From contig OZ024740.1 of assembly GCA_964016885.1 (NCBI GenBank), positions 123,752,001-123,816,000 on the forward strand: DNA of 64,000 nt, written 5' to 3'. The first letter of the stretch is position 1. Every line of letters begins with the position of its first letter. This DNA is from Eledone cirrhosa (taxonomy: Eukaryota). Shown here one piece after another: positions 54,701-64,000 of the stretch. The translations under genes and the position numbers were made by a program. The notes below the pieces were generated by a model. The model was not told the DNA's origin and did not search any database. It saw only the letters and a program-made list of their open reading frames with translations.

Positions 54701-54989
54701 CAAGCTGAATCATATAGACAATAAGCTCCACACCCTCCCACTGCAAAGTGGTCGTGGAGATGCCACGGCAAAAAAGCACCCAGCCCACACTGTAAAGTGG
54801 ATGTGTAGGCGCCATGGAAAAAAGCACCCAGCACTCACTGTAAATGAGGTTGGTGTTATGAAGGGCATCCAGCTGTAGAAATCAAGCCAAAATCAGTTCC
54901 TGTATGAGCAATCAGACACTGCCCACAACATTACAACCCGTCTAACCCATTCTAGCAGGGAAGAACGGACGTAAAACAGTGATGATGAT
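51750..54989 (+). mobile_element. RTE-like LINE family B (sister of A): APE endonuclease + RT + PHD-like finger, with stops
   Basis: ORF 51769-53334 (QEIRW, AYAPQ, GDFNGH, SQIDF, NYRGIKL), 53335-54147 (YADD), C-terminal RRLRWYGHV; 3'UTR and (gat)n tail. Confidence 0.95.
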
Positions 54990-55243
54990 AAACTAGACGA
55001 AGTCATAGCTATATATATGTGTTTTTGGCGACCATTAACGATGTGGCTTAATGACGAATTAATTAATTAAATAATCAACAATCAGAGTAATATACAATAA
55101 AGTATGTCCACAGAATCATTTGATAAAATATATACACTATTTTTTCTCCCAATCAGCATAATCAACCACACAAAAAAACAATTAATATATATATATATAT
55201 ATATATATAAGCAAGGAAAAGCGGACGTAAAATGAAATGATGA

Positions 55244-55305
<62 letters not shown>

Positions 55306-55375
55306 ATACAAATAATATATATATATATATATATTTATAATATAAGATCAAAAGATGGTTAAAGGAGTTCCATGT

Positions 55376-55444
55376 ATTTTATTATGCGCATTTCAAAAAC
55401 AAACATCATCATGCAATAATATTTGTGTTTTCATCAGATAAAAC
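55376..55444 (-). ncRNA. Type I hammerhead ribozyme, intact core
   Basis: gttttat CTGATGA aaacacaaatattattgcatgatgatgtttgttttt GAAA tgcgca TA ataaaat. Confidence 0.8.
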
Positions 55445-55580
55445 AGGAGAACATGATATGAAGGGTAAAAAACACTTGTGGATAGTGCAGTTTTAAATCA
55501 ACATATGTTGATATGTTGATATGTTGATTTAAAACTGCACTATCCACAAGTGTTTTTTAGCCTTCATATCATGTTCTCCT

Positions 55581-55649
55581 GTTTTATCTGATGAAAACAC
55601 AAATATTATTGCATGATGATGTTTGTTTTTGAAATGCACATAATAAAAT
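55581..55649 (+). ncRNA. Type I hammerhead ribozyme, intact core, loop III tgcaca
   Basis: Mirror copy of 55376-55444 with one G>A change in the palindrome. Confidence 0.75.
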
Positions 55650-55804
55650 ACATGGAACTCCTTTAACCATCTTTTGATCTTATATTATGTATACTCCAGT
55701 ACTACAAACTGTAGAGTGCTTCTTATCCGATATCTGCATTGCTTTATTGTACTACAATAAAACTCACCTCCTACATATATATATTTATATATATATATAT
55801 ATAT

Positions 55805-56548
55805 ATCATCATCATCATCATCAACGTTTAACGTCCGTGTTCCACGCTTGCATGGGTTTGGACGGGGGTAGTCCCACTTGAGGCAAGAGTGATTGTCTTG
55901 CTCGCATAGGACTGTCTGGCAGGTTTTCTACAGTTGGATGCCCTTCCTAACACCAACCACATTTACAGTGTGGGTCTGGGAGGTTTTCACCGTGTTGCCT
56001 ACACGGCCACATTACAGCGTGGACTGTGTGTTTTTTTGTCGTGACACCTACACGATCTCATTTGTTTCGGCCTCGATGGCGTGGCACCAACATAACTTTA
56101 CATAGAACGGGGTGGTGTGGATGGGGTGGGGGTGGTGGTGGTGGGACGGGGTGTATTTTGTTAGAGATGCCTACTGGCTGGAGTAGGTTTTACTATATAT
56201 TTAGGTAAGGCGGGTCTTCTCTGTTACTGAGTACCGCCAAAGGTCTCGGTCCAGTGACATTGTCTTGGAGAGGTGTAAGTGTGTGATGTCGGAGTTTATC
56301 AGCTCGTCCCAGGTTTTTCTAGGTCTGCCTATTCCGTGACTACCGTCTATCTTTATTGCCCTGCACTTTGTTATACAGCTATCGACTTTCATGCGCATCA
56401 CGTGTCCATACCAACGTAGCCTTCTCTCGAGTAAACAACATCTGATCCCTCTTATCTCTAATTTTTTCCTTAGTTCGTTTATGCTTTGCCGTTCACGTAT
56501 ATTACTGTTACACATCCAGCGGAGCATGCAAGCTTCGTTCCTCTCTAG

Positions 56549-56549
<1 letters not shown>
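55805..56549 (-). mobile_element. RTE family A, 5'-truncated
   Basis: ORF 56201-56527; near-identical to 4763-5510. Confidence 0.93.
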
Positions 56550-56576
<27 letters not shown>

Positions 56577-56579
<3 letters not shown>

Positions 56580-58440
56580 CGTTAACTGTTATAAGGGTAA
56601 AGGAGACGCCCTAGATAGGAGTAACTATAGAGGCATTAAATTAATCGACCAGGTCATGAAGGTCACAGAAAAAGTAATAGTGCAACTAATCAGAGAGCGA
56701 ATTGATCTAGATAAAATGCAGTTCGGGTTTGTGTCAGGAAAAAGTACCACAGACGCTCTTTTCATTGTACGACAACTACAGGAGAAGTACCTAGCTAAAA
56801 GTAAACCCCTATACTTAGCTTTCGTCGACTTGGAGAAGGCCTTCGACAGAGTCCCCCGTTCCATTATCTGGTGGGCTCTTAGAAAACTAGAGTCGATGAA
56901 TGGCTTGTGAGAGCTATACAAGCCATGTATAAAGAAACAGTCAGCAAGGTTAGAATTAAAAACGAATATAGTGAAGAGTTTAGTGTAAAAGTTGGTGTTC
57001 ATCAGGGCGCTGTTCTTAGCCCCCTACTATTTATTATTGCCCTCCAGGCTATAACAGTGGAGTTCAAGACCGGCTGCCCATGGGAACTCCTATACACAGA
57101 TGATCTAACGCTCATAGCTGAATCAATGGCCGAGCTAGAGAAGAAATTCCAAACATGGAAGCACGGGCTAGAATCAAAAGGCCTTAAAATTAACCTGGCT
57201 AAGACTAAAGTTCTAGTTTGTAAGAAAGAAAATAAGGCGGCGGTCCCCTCCGGGAAGTGGCCATGCGCAGAGTGTAGGAAAGGCGTAGGTAGAAATTCCA
57301 TTTTGTGTCCCAAATGCAAAGTTTGGGTTCATAAAAGATGTAGTGGGATCACAGGTAAGCTAACTAAGAACATAGATTTTACATGTGGCCGGTGTTATGG
57401 TGCAATAAGTAGCAGCAAGTGCCCACAAAATACTAGCTCTTTCAATTGCGCAGAGGGTTCTATAGAAATAGTGGACAGCTTCCGTTACCTGGGCGATAAA
57501 ATCAGCAGTGGGGGAGGGTGCTCTGAGAGTACTGTAGCTAGAGTCAGAACTGGTTGGAAAAAGTTCAGAGAGCTTATACCACTATTAGCCGCTAAAGGGT
57601 TCTCCCTAAAAATGAAAGGCAGGTTGTACGATGCCTGCATACGAACAGCAATGTTGCATGGCAGTGAGACCTGGGCATTGTGTGCAGAGGATATACGCAG
57701 ACTAGAGAGAAACGAAGCTTGCATGCTCCGCTGGATGTGTAATAGTAATATACGTGAACGACAAAGCATAAACGAACTAAGGAAAAAATTAGAAATAAGA
57801 GGGATCAGATGTTGTTTACTCGAGAGAAGGCTACGTTGGTATGGTCACGTGATGCGCATGAAGGACGATAGCTGTATAACAAAGTGCAGGGCAATAAAGA
57901 TAGACAGTAGCCACGGAATAGGCAGACCCAGAAAAACCTGGGACGAGCTGATAAACTCCGACCTCACACACTTACACCTCACCAAGACAATGTCACTGGA
58001 CCGAGACCTTTGGCGGTACTCAGTAATAGAGAAGACCCGCCTTACCTAAATACAAAGTAAAACCTACTACAGTCAGTAGGCATCTCTAACAAAATACACC
58101 CTGTCCCACCACCCACACCCCATCCACACCGCCCCCCTTCTATGTAAAGTTATGTTGGTGCCACACCATCCAGGCCGAAACAAATGAGATCGTGTAGGTG
58201 TCACGACAAAAAAACACACAGTCCACGCTGTAATGTGGCCGTGTAGGCAACACGGTAAAAACCTCCCAGACCCACACTGTAAATGTGGTTGGTGTTAGGA
58301 AGGGCATCCAACTGTAGAAAACCTGCCAGACAGTCCTATGCGAGCAAGACAATCACTCTTGCCTCAAGTGGGAAAACCCCCGTCCAAACCCATGCAAGCG
58401 TGGAACACGGATGTTAAACGATGATGATGATGATGATGAT
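56577..58440 (+). mobile_element. RTE family A, 5'-truncated, one frameshift
   Basis: ORFs 56656-56910 and 56907-58049 with RT motifs (YTDD variant) and intact C4HC3 finger; (gat)n tail. Confidence 0.95.
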
Positions 58441-58518
58441 ATATATATAATCAAGGTTTAGCAAATATGAAAAAGTTTCAAAATATATTAAAAAAAATTC
58501 ACTGTACTTACTATGGTT

Positions 58519-58605
58519 ACCTTTACCGAATCGGTTTCGAGTCTCAAAAATAAATGGAAAGTCCTTGCAGGCTTCCATTGTAAAGATAAACTCTCGTCAG
58601 AAGGT
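58519..58605 (-). ncRNA. Type I hammerhead ribozyme, fully intact consensus
   Basis: acctt CTGACGA gagttt..aatggaag..ctttccatt..agactc GAAA ccgattcgg TA aaggt. Confidence 0.85.
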
Positions 58606-60619
58606 TCTTTTCACTCGGAGATATATAAAATTCCCGAGTTCAAATTTACGAACTGGCGCTATTTAAAATTGTTCCCGAGATGAGAATGAATGATGTGGAA
58701 GCAATTCTGTCCAGTGCTGTGTAGAACTCATTGTTCTATCCAAAGCAAGTAAAGTTAACTGAATTAACTTGTTAACCTTACTGGTACATATATTATTGTC
58801 TTTAGTTGCATGAATGGCAAAGTTGAACCAGAAATAAATTTAAAACATTCAATGGGATATCTAGAGAATGAGAGGGAACCAGCTAGACTAGCAACAAAAT
58901 TAAAATGAATAAGAACTGCACACAAATATCCTTGTAATTAGAGGAGTTTATCTACTACTGAAGTTGTATAATTTAAACTAGAGTGACCAAATGAAGTACA
59001 ACATATTGTACTGAAATAGAAAGTAGTTGTTTAAAGAGCTATTATTTTTAGACCTGTGAAGGTGTATACCTATGTGGTTAGAGTGTTGATCTCATAATCC
59101 CAAGGTTGTGAATTCAAATCCCAGACCAGGAGATGCATTGTGTTCTTTAGAAAATCACTTTATTTCATGTTGCTCCAGTTCCTTCAGTTGTAAAAATGAG
59201 TTGCGATGTCGCTGGTGTCAAGCTGTATCGGCTATTGCCTTTCCCTTGGACAACATCGGTGGTGGGAAGAGGGGAGCCTGGCATGCTTCAGGAAATAGAC
59301 CATGCCCAGGCTTGAGCCTCAGAGGGGAACTTTCTAGGTGCAAAATCATGTTCATTTGTGACTGAATAGTGTTTATGTTCATAGTTTTTGTTTCTGTATT
59401 TAAACCAAGTAATATAAGAACATATCTTAATAGCATATGTTCTTATATAACTTGGCTTAAATACAGAAACAAATCCCATTTGTTATCAAAATAGTTCTAC
59501 TAGTGATATATAATATGTACATGTCCATAAATATGACATCAGTATCAAATTGATAGAACCAAACTTAATGTGGTCCACTGAACATCCAGCATAGGATCAC
59601 AGAAACATTCAGCACAACATAGTCAAGAAAGTGGCTGAGGATCATACCTTTGAATCAATGTTTCCTAATCTGTTTGGCCAAACAATCCTTTAAATCATTT
59701 TGAAACATACTATTGCATCATCTGCCCAACTTTTCCCCTAAGGCAATATAGTAGCTGTAATAAAACATAGAATAAACGTAAACAGGTTTATGATTATTTA
59801 AAGTATAATTCTCACCATGCTCAGAAAAATGTCAGGTATATAGCAAATACCTTCAGATCTTAGTGAATTATCAATTCTGTGTCAAAAACCTTCAGATGTT
59901 AGTGAATGGAATACCCTGATGTATTAATAAAAAGAATTGGAGCATGTATTCATTTTTAAACCAAGCATATAAAATACCTATTAATCTACAATAAAATCTA
60001 GCAGCAAATGCGATTGATCTTACCTTATCTTTAGTACTTCAATGATGATATTTGAATTTTCTCACTGCTCCTCTAAAGCCTATAAATGCCCCTTCCTATA
60101 ATCGAGTAATATCATTTCACTGTTGTTCCATCTTATTATTCCAGAGTAAGGGTGGCACAGAGCCCCTTGGGAAACACTGCAATAGAAAAATGTGAACAAC
60201 AGAGAAGTATGTGTTGATAACATTATGTTGGAGTTAAATTTTGGTTGACTGGCGGGTTGAGGGCACCCACAATATATGTAGCCAAATTAGATTTAGAAGG
60301 AAGGTCTTAGCTCTTTCGATACCAAAACTGCTCCTGGTTCTATGAAAGAAAACTATTTGTTCTAACATGTTTATATTCATCTAAAACCTTCCATAATAAA
60401 TTTATATAAAGACATTTAATTTTTTTTTCTTTTTTATAAATATATGTTGTTTATTTACAGTAGTAAATTGATGTTTATAATAGTAAAAACAATTTAATAT
60501 AAAAAGGAAAAAATAGATTAAGAAGAAAGAATGGGATCTAAAATAAGAAAATATTTTTAAAAAAACGGAAAATATATAAAAACAGAAGAATGGGGAGGAG
60601 GAAGGTAGATGGCCTTTGG

Positions 60620-60790
60620 ACCTATGGTGCAGCAGTAATGGAGCTCCTCCCCATGGACAAGATTGCAAAAGCATTCTCGCAGACAATGACCAGCAACACC
60701 CACTGCAACAGCCACTCTGCCTTGTGGGGCTTCCTCCTCAGATGGGCTGCCAAAGTTTCTATCTTGTGGAGGAGTTCCAAATGCCATCTT
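60620..60790 (-). mobile_element. Possible CRE-clade LINE 3' remnant
   Basis: Minus frame ...AEWLLQWVLLVIVCENAFAILS resembles the W/FL.QR.S.AI.RGNA..IL terminal motif. Confidence 0.4.
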
Positions 60791-61942
60791 AATAATGAGA
60801 AAGTAATTTTACTAAATCCTTCTAAATTCTTGATTATTTTTCAAACGGATTTGAAAATCAAAGCAACTATTTTCCCTAGAAATATGACCATGAAAGGATT
60901 AAGCTGATATGAGTAAGTTTTATTCAATAGATGAAATGATACATCAAGATATGTAAATGTAGTACGACCCCATTCAATATATGTCAACATAGAAAAATAG
61001 ATGCTAAAACGCTTATGAAATTGTGATAGTGGTAGTAATGATAGTTGTGTTTTTGGTGGTGGTTGTAGGAAATGTTATTTCTAATATTTTCAGGAATATT
61101 AGGTATTATCAATTGAAATTGATTATTGCTCACAAAATGAATACAAAATTTAAATCATCCATTTAGCAAATAACTATATTTAAATAGAAATATTAATTTG
61201 GGAGAAAAAAAAAATCAGGTTTCTTCATAACTTCTGAATTAATTACTGGCTTCAACACAACAATGTTCATATGGAAGCACGATTATGTAGATCTCAAAAA
61301 GAGAACAAAAACAAAAACAGACTTGGATAAAGTGACAATTTCAAATATATCATCATCATCATCTTCATTTTCATAATTTTACATCCACTTTCCCTGCTGA
61401 TATGGTTTGGATGAATTGTCACAATCCAAGTTCAGACAGGTCAGATTGACCTCATCTTGTTCATATGTATGGCATTTGGCATGGTTTCTACAGCAGGACC
61501 ACCTCACATAATGTACAGTGTGCACTTTTTCCTGGTAACACCACAATTACTTTACATTGTTTACTGGGTGCATTTCATCATGATACAATATTAACCCTTT
61601 ACATAGCATATGGAATACATTTTATAATGACACCAGCACTAGTGAGATTGTTACATGCTTGTCCAGATTCTATAAAGCTCTATATTTTCTCCATTTGATT
61701 GCCCAACCTGTAACCATAAGCTTTGTGCCAGTCAGCTCAATCCTTTGTCATCTCATTTATGAAGTTTAGCTTCCTGTGTTAATTCTTCACAACTTCATCC
61801 CTTATCATCCTAGGTATCCCTTTATCACAAGTACAGAATAAGACAACAGCTATATAACTAGAGAACTGACTAAACAAAATACAAACATGTGAGGAAATCA
61901 ACCAAAAAACAAAATAAAGATAGAGTTATGAACTCACAAGAT

Positions 61943-62109
61943 ACAGTTTAAATGTGGTTGGTGTTAGGAAGGGCATCCAGCTGTAGAAAACCCGCCAGAC
62001 AGTCCTATGCGAGCAAGACAATCACTCTTGCCTCAAGTGGGAAAACCCCCGTCCAAACCCATGCAAGCGTGGAACACAGACGTTAAACGTTGATGATGAT
62101 GATGATGAT
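61943..62109 (+). mobile_element. RTE family A extreme 3' fragment
   Basis: Matches 58280-58440. Confidence 0.9.
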
Positions 62110-62139
62110 TAGCATTAATCAATTACATTTTTCTATTAA

Positions 62140-62393
62140 CCCTCTTGATACCAAACAATCAAAAAAACACCTTGGGTTCCATGTTGCTATGCTGTCTATT
62201 TTAAAGTGTTTATATTTATCTAAAAACTTCCATTATAGTTTTATTTAAGAACATTTGTAATGTTATATCTTGATCAACAGTTTTATTATGAGAAAATTAG
62301 TTATATTATGAAAGCTCTATAAATTCTTGATTATTTTCAAAATCGTGAAAATCACAGGCAGAGTATTTCATCAGAAATACAGTGTTGAAAGGG
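62140..62393. mobile_element. piggyBac-type MITE; decayed relatives near 21438-21660, 23480-23630, 41110-41350, 60800-60902; second family at 40861-41090
   Basis: TTAA|ccct...aggg|TTAA termini; shared internal tatatttatctaaac and aaattcttgattattttcaa motifs. Confidence 0.65.
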
Positions 62394-63236
62394 TTAAGGA
62401 AAATTAAAAGAATTCATTTTACTGTAGCATCAAATAAAGATAATGTTTTCAAAAGACTATCAATTATATTAATTGTGAATGATACTGATGATTATTGGAA
62501 CTTAACAGATGAAGGTATGTGAGTATTGGGTGAGGTGAGGTGATGAGTGGGAAGAGAGTTAAATTGCGATGCATACATAGATTTTCAATACTGGATTTCT
62601 CTGTAAATAATATTTCACAACATCTCTTCACAAAGATTGAAACTACTCGAGATCCACCTCTAAATGACTGTCTGATAGCACTGACAGATGCAACTGACAT
62701 ACAACAAGTATTTTAAGTACAGACAGATTAATCTAAAGCAATGTCTAAAAATTAATTCAAACTCTGCCGAAGGGTGTTTTATTATAATTTCTCTCTTCCT
62801 CTGTGTGTGTGTGTGTGTATATATGCATGTATGTATGTATGTGTTTATATATATATATAAATATATATACGTACATACATATATATATATATATTTACAT
62901 AAATATATATATATATATGTGTGTGCGTGTGTATGTGTGTATCTCACAACAAAGGCAAAACATACAATAGCTTGAGTAAAGGTTAAACTCTTGACCAATT
63001 GGCAAAGATTGGTGCTAATTTATCATGTCAACCTTTGGCTCTTTTGTTTTGTTTGGCTTTAATAAGGACATATCAAGCTTATTTCAAAGGTAAGATAAAC
63101 CACCAAATTAGATGTCTACATGTCACATTGACATGATAGAACTAGCAGTAAAATCTCCCTCAGTTTAAACTTTGGATATTGTTTTTATAGGTACACCCAA
63201 AAAGACAGGTTTGGTAATCAGAATTAAGTATATATA

Positions 63237-63628
63237 GAAAGTGTGGTAAGAAACCAGGTGGACCATAACACACCAGAATACTTGGTACTTAGGGTAGTAG
63301 ATTGGGTAATATGACCCCAATGGCTGAGCTCCGGCCATTTTGACAGCTAGATCCGAACGTTGGCTGTCGAAATGGCTGGAGTTCTGCCATCGGGGTTCTG
63401 ACTCTTTTCCTATATATATATATATATATATATATAGGAACGAGTAGGACCCCGACGGCTGAGCTCAAGCCCTTTCGATGGCTATTTCTGGACCCAGAAT
63501 TAGCCGTCGAAACGGCTTGAGCTCAGCCGTCGGGGTCCTACTCGTTCCTATTACCCACTCTACTACCCTAAGTATTGAGTACTTTGGTGCGTTATGGGCC
63601 ACCTGGTTCCTTACCACATTTCCTCCGT
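63237..63628. mobile_element. Second Y-shaped composite fold-back element
   Basis: Same tail-hairpin-(TA)n-hairpin-tail order and same subtype order as 12736-13149; right unit gccgtc GAAA cggct-tgagctc-agccg TC ggggtcc. Confidence 0.88.
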
Positions 63629-64000
63629 TATATATATATATATATAGAAATCACATGAATCAAAGTTCTGTTCAAACCATTCATTAGCTTACAATTGTTT
63701 CGTCCAAACCGAGGTTTGGCGTCTTCGGAAAAATGTTTCAATGATTGTTTACATACATGACCTCCTTTCCAAAACAAGAGACATACAGAAACATATGTAT
63801 ATATCGATGCACAGTGGGGTGACATCCATTATAATATTTTTGCATGGCAATTTAAATTCAAAAATTAAAGTTAAAATATAACATCGGCAGTTTACGAAGA
63901 TAATGCAAGAGGATAGTTTGTTAGTCATTTGAAGTAGTTAGTGCATGCAATAGTTACACGTGGGGCATGCACGTGTGTCTTATTTATATAAGATTATTGT

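Larger units (their letters stand above)
55337..55774 (+). mobile_element. Young fold-back element: near-perfect ~170 bp arms each carrying a hammerhead, plus 3' tail
   Basis: 55337-55506 inverts to 55519-55688 with about 2 mismatches; tail gtatactccagtactacaaactgtagagtgct; (ta)n both sides. Confidence 0.92.

Noticed and set aside
60557-60907. GC-richer ORFs as a host exon
   Set aside because: No splice context or known domain; a third frame better fits a decayed LINE terminus

Overview
AT-rich, microsatellite-dense eukaryotic DNA whose SINE/LINE repertoire resembles octopod cephalopods (the taxon is an inference). No host protein-coding gene could be identified. Recognisable coding sequence is all retrotransposon: RTE-like LINEs (one family has a C4HC3 PHD-type finger inside the RT region), a near-full-length R4/Dong-like RLE LINE, CR1-like, CRE-like and HERO-like remnants, and a decayed Penelope GIY-YIG. 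Also present are tRNA-derived SINEs, a non-autonomous Helitron and Tc1/piggyBac-type MITEs. The most striking hidden structure is a set of short non-coding fold-back elements built as (TA)n - long inverted repeat containing a type I hammerhead ribozyme with a palindromic stem/loop III - one-sided tail with a shared ACTC...GAGT(A/G)C hairpin - (TA)n. About a dozen hammerhead or hammerhead-like motifs from several unrelated families occur in 64 kb. One family appears twice as a Y-shaped head-to-head dimer whose palindrome axis sits on the ribozyme stem II loop. All structures were read by eye and coordinates may be off by a few bases.
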